Positions 1 through 9,697 of a stretch of 64,000 bases of DNA are shown piece by piece. The stretch's first letter is position 1. Each line of letters starts with the position of its first letter. Both the position numbers and the translations under genes were made by a program. The notes under the pieces were generated by a model. It was not told the DNA's origin, made no database searches, and was given only the letters and a program-made list of their open reading frames with translations. Source of the DNA: an uncultured Candidatus Saccharibacteria bacterium (GTDB taxonomy: Bacteria; Patescibacteriota; Minisyncoccia; Phycocordibacterales; UBA5272); the NCBI GenBank assembly GCA_964538815.1, contig CAZIHL010000001.1, forward strand, positions 79,034 to 143,033, given 5' to 3'.

Positions 1-89
1 AGCATTGGTAGAGGTGTATAAAAAATTAATGAGAGCAGTTTAAACTTATGTGTTTACAACAATATATTGATTTTGTATATTGTAAATAA

Positions 90-1163
90 ATGAAAAAAAA
101 TAATTTAAGAAAACAAAAGAAAAAAGTATTTGTCGGAATGAGTGGTGGTGTAGACTCGTCTGTTTCAGCATTGCTTTTAAAAAAGAAAGGTTACGATGTA
201 ACTGGAGTATTTATAAAAGTATGGCAGCCAGATTTTATCGAATGTACTTGGAGAGAAGATAGAAGAGACGCAATGAGAGTTTGTGCTGAGCTTGATATAC
301 CTTTTATTACACTTGATCTTGAAAAGGAATATAAAGAAGGCGTGATTGATTATATGATAAAAGAATATAAAGCAGGGAGAACTCCAAATCCAGATGTATT
401 TTGTAATAAAGAAGTAAAATTTGGAGCATTTTTAGACTGGGCTATCAAAAATGGAGCTGATTTTGTAGCGACAGGACATTATGCTCAAAATAAAATAATA
501 AATAAAGATAATTTTTTAGTAAAAGGAAAAGATTCTTCAAAAGATCAAAGTTATTTTTTATGGACTTTAAATAAAAAACAACTGGAAAAAATAATTTTTC
601 CAGTTGGGAATTTATTAAAGAAAGATATTAGAAAAATAGCAGAAGAAAATAATTTGGCAACAGCAAAGAAAAAAGACTCGCAAGGGCTTTGTTTTATTGG
701 AAAAATAGATGTAAAAGATTTCTTAAAAGAGTATATTAAAAATAAAAAAGGAAAAATAATTGATACAAAATCTAATAAAAAAATAGGTGAGCATAATGGA
801 GTTTTCTTTTATACAATAGGAGAGAAGTTAGATGGAGAATATATTTTAAATAAAGATATTAAAAAAAATATTTTATATGTTGGAAAGAATATAGAAGGTA
901 AAAATATTGAAAATAAAATTTTCTTACAAGAAATAAACTTTACAGAGAATTTAAAAATGGGGGAAACATATGAAGTACAAGAAAGATATCACGCTAAAGA
1001 AGTTAAAATTAAAATAGGTAAATTAAAAGAAAATAAATCTAAAAAAGAATTATTTATCGAATATAATATGGTAAATAAGGAGGATAATTTTGTTTATACC
1101 TCCGGACAATCATTAGTTTTTTATAAAAAAGATAAGCTTTTAGGTGGGGGGATAATGAAATAA
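90..1163 (+). CDS. mnmA: tRNA-specific 2-thiouridylase MnmA
   Basis: N-terminal PP-loop VGMSGGVDSSVSA and the conserved MnmA/TrmU core; 357 aa. Confidence 0.9.
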   Translation: MKKNNLRKQKKKVFVGMSGGVDSSVSALLLKKKGYDVTGVFIKVWQPDFIECTWREDRRDAMRVCAELDIPFITLDLEKEYKEGVIDYMIKEYKAGRTPNPDVFCNKEVKFGAFLDWAIKNGADFVATGHYAQNKIINKDNFLVKGKDSSKDQSYFLWTLNKKQLEKIIFPVGNLLKKDIRKIAEENNLATAKKKDSQGLCFIGKIDVKDFLKEYIKNKKGKIIDTKSNKKIGEHNGVFFYTIGEKLDGEYILNKDIKKNILYVGKNIEGKNIENKIFLQEINFTENLKMGETYEVQERYHAKEVKIKIGKLKENKSKKELFIEYNMVNKEDNFVYTSGQSLVFYKKDKLLGGGIMK

Positions 1164-1258
1164 TTAATCATTTTTAATGGTATAATAATTATATTACTAG
1201 CTATTATTTTTATTAGTATTTTAATGTTAGTAATTAAATTAATTTAATTAATAATTTT

Positions 1259-1942
1259 ATGAAATCATATTTAGCAGAACTAATAGGGACAGCTTTATTA
1301 GTATTAATTGGTTGTAGTGTAGCTATTTTTACAGGCGGTAATATTTTAGTAGTAGCTTTAGCTTTTGGAGTAGCTTTAACAATAGTGGCTTATTTAATAG
1401 ATGGTATATCTGGAGCGCATGTAAATCCAGCAGTAACTATAGCTTTAGCTTTATCGGGTAAATTTCCTTGGAATAAAGTTTTAGGATATATTGTTGCACA
1501 AATCGTAGGAGCAATAGTAGGGTCTGTAATTTTATATGCTATTGTCTCAAATATTGCAAACAGTATATTAATTATAAATGCAGGTTTTGCTACTAATGCA
1601 TTAAATACAGGAGTAGGCGTAATGGCTGGAGCACTTGTTGAAATATTTATGACAATGGTATTATGTTTAATTGTTTTAGATACAACAAGATCAAATTGGT
1701 TAAACAATAAAGCTTTAGTACCTTTAGCTGTTGGAGCGGGATTATTTATTGCTAATTTGGTAGCTATACCTTTAACTGGTGCTTCTATAAATCCAGCGAG
1801 AAGTATTGGTCCGGCACTTATATCTGGCCAACATTTAGATTCTCTTGGATTATTTATTATAGCTCCTATTTTTGGTGCTATTCTTGCATATTTTATTCAT
1901 AATTTTGTATTTGGAAGAGAATATCATAGACATAATCAATAA
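1259..1942 (+). CDS. MIP-family channel (aquaporin/glycerol facilitator)
   Basis: Two NPA boxes (HVNPAVT, SINPARS), six-TM hydrophobic profile, 227 aa. Confidence 0.85.
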   Translation: MKSYLAELIGTALLVLIGCSVAIFTGGNILVVALAFGVALTIVAYLIDGISGAHVNPAVTIALALSGKFPWNKVLGYIVAQIVGAIVGSVILYAIVSNIANSILIINAGFATNALNTGVGVMAGALVEIFMTMVLCLIVLDTTRSNWLNNKALVPLAVGAGLFIANLVAIPLTGASINPARSIGPALISGQHLDSLGLFIIAPIFGAILAYFIHNFVFGREYHRHNQ

Positions 1943-2062
1943 AGTTATTTTTTAAGAGGTTTTTTGATAAAACTATTATTTAAAATAATAGTTTTATTTT
2001 TTTAAAAATCATGATATTATCTTTTTGATATCTTTTCTTTTTCAAACCCTAAATTTTATAAA

Positions 2063-2383
2063 ATGGAAAATTATTTTAAAAAAGCGGTAATTATCGGTAA
2101 TGTTTTCGGTATTATTATACCAGTAGTCTTTATCATTATAGGATATTTATTTTGTATTTTAATGGATAAAGATCTTGATGTTTTAATTTTAGTTATATTT
2201 TTATCTACTCTTTATTATTTAGATACTTTATTAAATAATAAAAAAAGAATTAAAAAATGGTGGCTAGATTATAAAGGAGAAAAAGAAATAAATGTATTTT
2301 TAACAAGGATAGAATCTTTTTCTGCAAGTTATTTAAATAAGAAAAGATTTCTTTTAAGAAAAGAAATGTTTGATTCTTTTTAA
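2063..2383 (+). CDS. hypothetical small membrane protein
   Basis: 106-aa ORF with a hydrophobic N-terminal half, followed by a terminator hairpin. Confidence 0.4.
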   Translation: MENYFKKAVIIGNVFGIIIPVVFIIIGYLFCILMDKDLDVLILVIFLSTLYYLDTLLNNKKRIKKWWLDYKGEKEINVFLTRIESFSASYLNKKRFLLRKEMFDSF

Positions 2384-2409
2384 TTTAAAAAGAATAAAAA
2401 GTATCATTT

Positions 2410-2440
2410 AATCTCATTTTGCAAAAGTGAGATTTTTTCT
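2410..2440 (+). terminator. intrinsic terminator hairpin plus T-run
   Basis: aatctcatttt-gc-aaaagtgagatt followed by tttttct. Confidence 0.55.
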
Positions 2441-2468
2441 TGCAAAAATTCATAGCATATGATATATT
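2440..2468 (+). promoter_or_regulatory. putative sigma70 promoter upstream of rpoB (TTGCAA-N17-TATATT)
   Basis: -35/-10 hexamers with 17-nt spacing read directly from the sequence. Confidence 0.3.
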
Positions 2469-2594
2469 ATTTGCAATATTGACTAGATGCTTATCTTCTA
2501 TCCCCGACAGGTCTCCGTTTTGTGGGTGACTCAAGTCAATAATAATTTCGAAATTATTATTAGTTTAAATATTTAAAACGCAAAAACCAGTTTT

Positions 2595-5500
2595 ATGGAG
2601 TTTTCTTTTTTGCGGGTTAGTATTTTTGTTTTTAAATTAGAGCTATTATTTTTTATGTCTAAAACAAAAATTATTAATGAAGGTCTTTTCGTGGCCAATT
2701 TACCTAAAAAGACTTTTCAAAATTTTAGAAAGCCTTTTATCGAGTTACCAAATTTAGTAGAAAATCAAATAATTTCTTTTAAAAAACTTTTAGAAGAAGA
2801 TTTAGAATCGATTTTAAAAGAATTAAATCCAATCAAAGATTACACAGAAAAAAAATTTGAATTAGAAATTATATCTTTTGAGCTTGTCGAACCTAAATAT
2901 TCAGAAGAGTATACAAAAGAAAATAAATTGACCTTTGAAGCATCTATCAGAGCTAAAGTTTTGTTACGAAATAAAATTTTAGGTACAGAAAAAGAACAAG
3001 AAATATTTTTAGCGTCATTACCTATGATGACTGTACACGGGACATTCATAATTAATGGTGTGGAGAGAGTAATTATTCCACAACTTGCAAGAAGTGCCGG
3101 GGAGTTTTTTGATTGCGAAGAAATAAATGGAAAGAAATATTTCTCAGCAAAAATTGTACCAAATCGTGGAGCTTGGGTAGAAATTATCACAGACGATGAT
3201 AACGACATGTTTGTAAAAATAGATAAAAAAAGAAAATTTTCTGTAGTTTCATTGCTTAGAGCTATCGGTTTTTCTACAGATAAGGATATAGAAAATGCTT
3301 TTAGTGGTAAAGATTTAGCTAAAGCTTATATTATGAATTTAGTAGCTAAAGATACTATAAAAACAGCAGACGAGGCTTATATAGATGTTTATAAAAAATT
3401 AAGAGACGGAGATCTTGCTACTGTAGAAAATGCTAAATCTTATATATTATCCTTATTTGGAAAAGAGAGATATGATCTATCTCCAATAGGTAGAATGAGA
3501 TTTAATAAAAGATTTAATATCGAAGGGGACGCAAAAGAAATGAAAAGGATGACTCTTTCAAAAGAAGATATAGTTTTAATTATAAATCATTTAATTGAAT
3601 TAAATAATAATCCAGAAGCAGAAGGAGACGATATAGACCATTTAGCTTCAAGAAGAGTTCGTTTTGTAGGTGAAATGTTAGGAATGAAAATCAAAAAAGG
3701 AATGCTTCAAGTAAAAAGATATATTCAAGAAAAAATGTCAGTTATAGATACTGATACTACTTTACCTGTAACTATTATAAATCAAAGATCACTTCAGGCG
3801 AGAATTAAAGAATTCTTTACAGTGAATCAGCTTTCTCAACTTATGAATCAAGAAAATCTTCTTGCTGAAATAGAGAGTTTAAGAACCTTATCAGCTCTTG
3901 GCCCAGGAGGACTTTCAAAAGATAGAGCTGGATTTGAAGTGCGCGATGTACATACTTCACATTATGGTAGAGTTTGTCCTATTCAAACTCCAGATGGAGC
4001 AAATGTAGGTCTTATTTTAAGATTGGCAGCTTACGCTAAAATAAATGAATTTGGAATAATTGAAACTCCTTATGTGAAAGTTAAGAATGGTAAAATTACA
4101 AAAGAGATAGCATATTTAAATGCTTTACAAGAAGAAAATACTGTTATTGCTCACGCTGGAATTAATTATGATGAAACTGGAAATATAAAAGATCAATTTG
4201 TTCAAGCAAGAAAAAAAGGACATCCAGCAATAGTTTCTAAAGATGAAGTCGAATATGTGGATGTGTCTACAAATCAAGCATATTCAATTGCTACAAGTAT
4301 GATTCCATTTTTAGAACACGATGATGCTGCTCGTGCATCAATGGGTTCAAATATGCAAAGACAAACAGTACCACTAATTTTGGGCGAAGCACCATATGTT
4401 TCAACAGGAATGGAGAGTGAAGCAGCAAGACATATTGGAAGACTAGTGCTTGCAGAAGAAGCCGGAGAAGTAAAATATGTTGATGCTAATAAAATTACAG
4501 TATCAGGAAGTAATGGTAAAGATAAAACTTATACTTTAGTAAACTTTTCAAGAACAAATAACTTTACAGTTTTCTATCAAAGACCAATTGTAAATGTTGG
4601 TGATAAAGTTAAAAAAGGTCAAATTATAGCCGATTCTTCATCTACACGAGGAGGACAGATTTCTATAGGGCACAATGTTCGTGTAGCATTTATGAGTTGG
4701 AACGGAGCAAATTATGAAGATGCTATTATTATCTCAGAGAGGTTAGTAAGACAAAAAAAGTTTTCTTCTATTCATGTTGAAGAACTTGTATGTAATGTTC
4801 GTGATACAAAACTTGGAGCAGAAGTTACAACACACGATATTCCAAATGTAGGAGAAGCTAAATTAAAAAATCTTGACGAAGAAGGAATAATCAGAATCGG
4901 TGCAGACGTAAGAGCTGGCGATATTCTTGTTGGAAAGATTACTCCAAAAGGAGAAACTGAACTTACTCCAGAAGAAAGATTGCTAAGAAGTATTTTTGGT
5001 GAAAAAATACGTGATGTAAAAGATACTTCTCTAAGACTTGATAATGGAAAAAGAGGAAGAGTAATTGGTATTAAAGTTTTCTCAAGAGAAAGAGGAGATA
5101 CACTTGAAAGTGGTGTTATTAAAAGAATTCATATTGAAGTAGCACAACTTCGTGATATTTCAGTTGGAGATAAATTAGCCGGAAGACATGGAAACAAAGG
5201 TGTTATCTCAAGAATTCTTCCAATTGAAGAAATGCCATTTACAGCCGATGGAGAACCGATTGATATTATTTTGACTCCACTTGGTATCCCATCAAGAATG
5301 AATATTGGACAGATTTTAGAAATGCATCTCGGTCTTGCAGCACATACACTTGGTTATCAAGCTATGGTACCAGTGTTTGCTGGGTCAACAGATGAAGAAA
5401 TCAGAGACGAACTTGTAAGAGCTGGTTATGATGAATCTGGAACTGTAGACTTATTTGATGGAAGAACAGGAGAAAAATTTGCAGATAAGGTAGCAATCGG

Positions 5501-5921
5501 TATTATGTACATGCTAAAGCTTCACCACATGGTTGAAGATAAACTTCATGCTAGAAGTATCGGTCCATACTCCCTTATCACACAACAACCTCTTGGAGGA
5601 AAATCTCAAAATGGAGGACAAAGATTTGGAGAAATGGAAGTGTGGGCACTAGAAGGTTATGGTGCCTCACATACACTACGTGAAATGCTAACAATTAAGT
5701 CTGACGATATTACTGGTAGAAGTGATGCTTTTAATAGTATTATCAAAAATGAGACTATCAAAGAGCCAAATGTGCCAGCAGCATTGAATGTTCTTTTGAA
5801 TACTTTGAGAGGGCTTGCACTGGATGTGGTTCCACTTGTAAAAGAAGATAAAAAGAAAAAAGGTCGTAAAGAAAATTTACTAGGTGAGGAAAAATTTGTA
5901 GAAATGGAAAAGGAAAACTAA
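2595..5921 (+). CDS. rpoB: DNA-directed RNA polymerase subunit beta
   Basis: Full-length RpoB similarity, including the rifampicin cluster region and C-terminal conserved blocks. The true start may be the internal Met at 2658 (MSKTKIINEG...). Confidence 0.95.
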   Translation: MEFSFLRVSIFVFKLELLFFMSKTKIINEGLFVANLPKKTFQNFRKPFIELPNLVENQIISFKKLLEEDLESILKELNPIKDYTEKKFELEIISFELVEPKYSEEYTKENKLTFEASIRAKVLLRNKILGTEKEQEIFLASLPMMTVHGTFIINGVERVIIPQLARSAGEFFDCEEINGKKYFSAKIVPNRGAWVEIITDDDNDMFVKIDKKRKFSVVSLLRAIGFSTDKDIENAFSGKDLAKAYIMNLVAKDTIKTADEAYIDVYKKLRDGDLATVENAKSYILSLFGKERYDLSPIGRMRFNKRFNIEGDAKEMKRMTLSKEDIVLIINHLIELNNNPEAEGDDIDHLASRRVRFVGEMLGMKIKKGMLQVKRYIQEKMSVIDTDTTLPVTIINQRSLQARIKEFFTVNQLSQLMNQENLLAEIESLRTLSALGPGGLSKDRAGFEVRDVHTSHYGRVCPIQTPDGANVGLILRLAAYAKINEFGIIETPYVKVKNGKITKEIAYLNALQEENTVIAHAGINYDETGNIKDQFVQARKKGHPAIVSKDEVEYVDVSTNQAYSIATSMIPFLEHDDAARASMGSNMQRQTVPLILGEAPYVSTGMESEAARHIGRLVLAEEAGEVKYVDANKITVSGSNGKDKTYTLVNFSRTNNFTVFYQRPIVNVGDKVKKGQIIADSSSTRGGQISIGHNVRVAFMSWNGANYEDAIIISERLVRQKKFSSIHVEELVCNVRDTKLGAEVTTHDIPNVGEAKLKNLDEEGIIRIGADVRAGDILVGKITPKGETELTPEERLLRSIFGEKIRDVKDTSLRLDNGKRGRVIGIKVFSRERGDTLESGVIKRIHIEVAQLRDISVGDKLAGRHGNKGVISRILPIEEMPFTADGEPIDIILTPLGIPSRMNIGQILEMHLGLAAHTLGYQAMVPVFAGSTDEEIRDELVRAGYDESGTVDLFDGRTGEKFADKVAIGIMYMLKLHHMVEDKLHARSIGPYSLITQQPLGGKSQNGGQRFGEMEVWALEGYGASHTLREMLTIKSDDITGRSDAFNSIIKNETIKEPNVPAALNVLLNTLRGLALDVVPLVKEDKKKKGRKENLLGEEKFVEMEKEN

Positions 5922-5960
5922 AACAAATTTATTAATCTAAAAAATAATTAAAATAAAATT

Positions 5961-8900
5961 ATGAAAACAATAGATACAACAAATTTTGAAGCATTGCAAA
6001 TCAAAATTGCCTCACCAGAAGCTATTAGAGCTTGGAGTTATGGTGAAGTTACAAAGCCAGATACTATAAATTATAGAACTGGTAGAAGCGAAAGATCGGG
6101 TCTTTTTGATGAAAAAATATTTGGGCCAGAAAAAGATTATGAGTGTAATTGCGGTAAATATAGAAGGATTAGGTATAAAGATATTATTTGTGAAAAATGT
6201 GGAGTGCAAGTAACAAAATCTATAGTTCGCCGTGAAAGAATGGGACATATTGAATTGACGACTCCTGTAGCACATATTTGGTTTTTAAAAAGCATACCTT
6301 CAAAAATAGCTTTAGTTCTTGGTGAATCAACAGGAGAAGTTGAAAAAGTGGTTTATTTTGCAAATTATATTATTACAAAAGTAAATGAAAGAGAAAAAGA
6401 AGAACTTTTAAAGAATTTAGAAAGTGAATTTAAAGCAAAAATTAAATCTGCCAATGATGAAAAGACAAAAGAAAAATTAAAAGAATTAATGCTTGCAACA
6501 AAAAAAGAAATAATAGATATTCGTGAAAATAAAATATTAGACGAATTAACATATCATAGATATTCTATGAGATATAGCATAGCTTTTGAAGCTGAAATAG
6601 GTCCAGAGGCCATATATAATATTTTCAAAAAAATAAATTTAAATGAATTAGAAGAACAAATATTAAAAAAATTAGAAAAAATTTCTTCTATAGAAAAAGA
6701 AAAACAAGAAAAAAGACTCTCACTTATAAGAGCGTTTAAAAACGCTGGAATTCGACCAGAATGGATGTTCCTTACAGCTCTTCCGGTAACACCTCCAGGA
6801 ATTCGTCCAATGGTTGCTCTTGAAGGAGGAAGATATGCTACAAGTGATGTAAATGATTTATACAGAAGAGTAATTAATAGAAATAATCGTCTCTTAAAAC
6901 TAAAAGAAATTTCTGCACCAGATGTAATCTTGAGAAATGAGAAAAGAATTCTTCAGGAAGCTGTAGATGCTCTTATTGATAACTCAATGAGAAGAGGTCA
7001 AGAAGCTACAACAATTGTAGGACAAAAGAGACAACTTAAATCTCTATCAGATGGTATTAAATCAAAATCAGGTCTATTCCGTCAAAACTTACTAGGTAAG
7101 CGTGTAGACTATTCTGGTCGTTCTGTGATTGTGATTGGTCCGGACCTCGCTCTTGATGAATGTGGACTTCCAAAACATATGGTTCTTGAATTATTCAAGC
7201 CTTTTGTTATTTCAAAATTACTTGAAAGAGAATTCACCTTTAATATTCGTGGAGCAAATAAATTAATCGAAGACGGTATTCCAGAAGTATGGGAAATTCT
7301 TGAAGAAGTGATTGAAGGAAAATATGTTCTTCTAAACCGTGCTCCAACTCTTCATCGACTTGGTATTCAAGCTTTCAAGCCAAAAATGGTTGAAGGAAAT
7401 GCTATTCAACTTCATCCGTTAGTTTGTACCGCTTTCAACGCGGACTTTGACGGAGATCAAATGGCAGTCCATTTACCTCTTGGAGAAGAAGCGCAAAGAG
7501 AAGCTAGAGAGATTATGGCAGCAAATAAAAATCTTTTGAAACCAGGATCAGGAGAATCTATTGTAAACCCTCGTATGGATATGTTACTTGGATGTTTTTG
7601 GCTTACAACAGAAGTGGAAGGAGTTAAAGGGGAGGGAAAATATTTTGGTTCTCCAAATGAGGCTATCACAGCTCATGAATTTGGAATTGTAGATATTCGT
7701 GCAAAAATTAAAGTTGTCCCAACAAATAAAGAAAAATATAAAAAATTCAACGGTCAAAGATTTGAAACTACGGTTGGAAGATTAAGATTTAATTCAATCC
7801 TTCCTGATGATTTTGAATATATCAATGAACAAGTTGGTGGAAATTATATGAATAAGATTATTGATAAAATAATCATGCAATATGGTTTTGAAAGAGCGCC
7901 AGCTATTATTGATAAAATTAAATCCTTTGGATTTAAATATGCAACAATTTCAGGTACAACTTGGAGTATTGATGCAGTGAGAGTTCCAAAAGAGAAAAAA
8001 GAAATTGTAGAAAAAGGAAGAGTAGAAGAAAGAAAAATTAATGAATTCTACGAATCTGGGCTTTTATCAGAAGAAGAAAAATATCAAAAGGTTATAGAAA
8101 ATTGGCTTTCAATTAGAAAAGAAATTGAAAATATTATGCCAACAGAATCAATTGATAAATACGGTTCAGTATATAACTTAGTTACTTCAGGAGCTAGAGG
8201 TTCAATGAAGCAACTTATACAGATTGCAGGCATGAAGGGAATTATTGTTAACTCTTCTGGAAAAAATATTGATTTCCCAGTTATCTCTTCAAACAAAGAA
8301 GGACTTTCTCCAATTGAATACTTCATTACAACTTACGGTGCCCGTAAAGGTACTTCTGACACAGCTCTTAAGACCGCAGAAGCTGGATATTTAACAAGAA
8401 GACTTGTAGACGTGTCACAGGATATTATTATTTATGAAGCTGACTGTGGTACAAAGAATACTAAACTCTTAACAAAAGAAGACGTAATGGGAATTGAAAT
8501 TCCACTCTCAAAGAGTATTCGTGGTAGAGTTCTTGCACAAGATCTACTTGGCAAAGACGGGAATATAATTCTAAAGAAAGGTCATCTAGTTAAAAAAGGA
8601 GACATTAAAGCCATTACTGATAATGGTATAGAAGAAGTATATGTTTACTCACCACTTTCTTGCGAATCATTACATGGAGTATGTCAAAAATGTTATGGTG
8701 CTGACCTTGCAAGAAATGAACTTGTAAAGATTGGTGAAGCGGTTGGTATTGTGGCAGCACAGGCGATTGGAGAGCCTGGAACACAGCTTACAATGCGTAC
8801 ATTCCACTCAGGAGGAGTGGCGGGAGCCGACATTACACAAGGTCTTCCTCGTGTTGCGGAAATCTTTGAAAGACGGGTACCGAAAAATCCTGGTGTTATT

Positions 8901-9590
8901 TCTCTATCAAATGGTGAAGTTGTAGAAGTTATCAGAAACAGAAAAGAAAAGAAAATTGTGGTAATGAGTAATGATGACGGATCATACACACAAGCAAAGA
9001 AAAAAGGAATGAGAATTGAATATGATATGTCATATACAAGACGTCCGATTGTAAAAGTGGGAGATAAAGTAGTCAAAGGCCAAGCTTTAACTGATGGATC
9101 ATTAAATATAGAACAACTTTATGATTTAGCAGGAAGAGAAGCAGCAGAACAATACATTGTAAATGAGCTAAATAAAGTTTATGAACTACAAGGAGCATCA
9201 ATTTCAAGAAAACATATTGAGCTTATCATTAAACAAATGCTTTCTCGTGTAAAAGTGAAAGAAGTGGGTGATACTCACTTTACACAAGGAGATGTTGTAG
9301 AGGTTTCAGACTTTAGAATTGAAAATGATAGAGTAAAAGCAGTAGGAGGAAATATTGCAAAAGGATCAAACCTAATACTTGGAATCTCAGAAGTCGCTCT
9401 TACAACAAATTCATGGCTATCATCAGCATCATTTCAGCATACTACAAAAGTTTTGATTAATGCATCAACAAGAGGACAAATAGATAAGCTGCAAGGACTT
9501 AAGGAAAATGTGATAATTGGTAAACTTATACCAGCAGGAACAGGTGTAGAAGCTAGAAAAGAAAATACTGAAAAAGAATTAGAAGATTAA
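5961..9590 (+). CDS. rpoC: DNA-directed RNA polymerase subunit beta'
   Basis: Zn-finger CNCGKYRRIRYKDIICEKCGV, the NADFDGDQM catalytic loop, and full-length RpoC similarity. Confidence 0.95.
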   Translation: MKTIDTTNFEALQIKIASPEAIRAWSYGEVTKPDTINYRTGRSERSGLFDEKIFGPEKDYECNCGKYRRIRYKDIICEKCGVQVTKSIVRRERMGHIELTTPVAHIWFLKSIPSKIALVLGESTGEVEKVVYFANYIITKVNEREKEELLKNLESEFKAKIKSANDEKTKEKLKELMLATKKEIIDIRENKILDELTYHRYSMRYSIAFEAEIGPEAIYNIFKKINLNELEEQILKKLEKISSIEKEKQEKRLSLIRAFKNAGIRPEWMFLTALPVTPPGIRPMVALEGGRYATSDVNDLYRRVINRNNRLLKLKEISAPDVILRNEKRILQEAVDALIDNSMRRGQEATTIVGQKRQLKSLSDGIKSKSGLFRQNLLGKRVDYSGRSVIVIGPDLALDECGLPKHMVLELFKPFVISKLLEREFTFNIRGANKLIEDGIPEVWEILEEVIEGKYVLLNRAPTLHRLGIQAFKPKMVEGNAIQLHPLVCTAFNADFDGDQMAVHLPLGEEAQREAREIMAANKNLLKPGSGESIVNPRMDMLLGCFWLTTEVEGVKGEGKYFGSPNEAITAHEFGIVDIRAKIKVVPTNKEKYKKFNGQRFETTVGRLRFNSILPDDFEYINEQVGGNYMNKIIDKIIMQYGFERAPAIIDKIKSFGFKYATISGTTWSIDAVRVPKEKKEIVEKGRVEERKINEFYESGLLSEEEKYQKVIENWLSIRKEIENIMPTESIDKYGSVYNLVTSGARGSMKQLIQIAGMKGIIVNSSGKNIDFPVISSNKEGLSPIEYFITTYGARKGTSDTALKTAEAGYLTRRLVDVSQDIIIYEADCGTKNTKLLTKEDVMGIEIPLSKSIRGRVLAQDLLGKDGNIILKKGHLVKKGDIKAITDNGIEEVYVYSPLSCESLHGVCQKCYGADLARNELVKIGEAVGIVAAQAIGEPGTQLTMRTFHSGGVAGADITQGLPRVAEIFERRVPKNPGVISLSNGEVVEVIRNRKEKKIVVMSNDDGSYTQAKKKGMRIEYDMSYTRRPIVKVGDKVVKGQALTDGSLNIEQLYDLAGREAAEQYIVNELNKVYELQGASISRKHIELIIKQMLSRVKVKEVGDTHFTQGDVVEVSDFRIENDRVKAVGGNIAKGSNLILGISEVALTTNSWLSSASFQHTTKVLINASTRGQIDKLQGLKENVIIGKLIPAGTGVEARKENTEKELED

Positions 9591-9611
9591 AAATAAAATT
9601 ATAAAAAAGAA

Positions 9612-9641
9612 AAATCCCTTTGCGAGAGCGAAGGGATTTTG
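9612..9641 (+). terminator. intrinsic terminator after rpoC
   Basis: aatccctt-tgcgagagcg-aagggatt hairpin then T-rich stretch. Confidence 0.5.
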
Positions 9642-9697
9642 TCAAGTATTTTAATTTTTTATAATTTACTCAATTTCTGTTAAAATAAAGATAATTT

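Noticed and set aside
1390-1707. 105-aa minus-strand ORF inside the aquaporin gene
   Set aside because: It is antisense to a well-supported MIP-channel CDS.
2840-3208. Antisense ORFs inside rpoB and rpoC (for example 2840..3208 -, 6012..6275 -, 7457..7669 -, 8084..8326 -, 8693..9076 -, 8731..8925 +)
   Set aside because: They lie entirely within strongly supported essential CDSs on the opposite or alternate frame. Their low-complexity composition is typical of spurious ORFs in AT-rich DNA.
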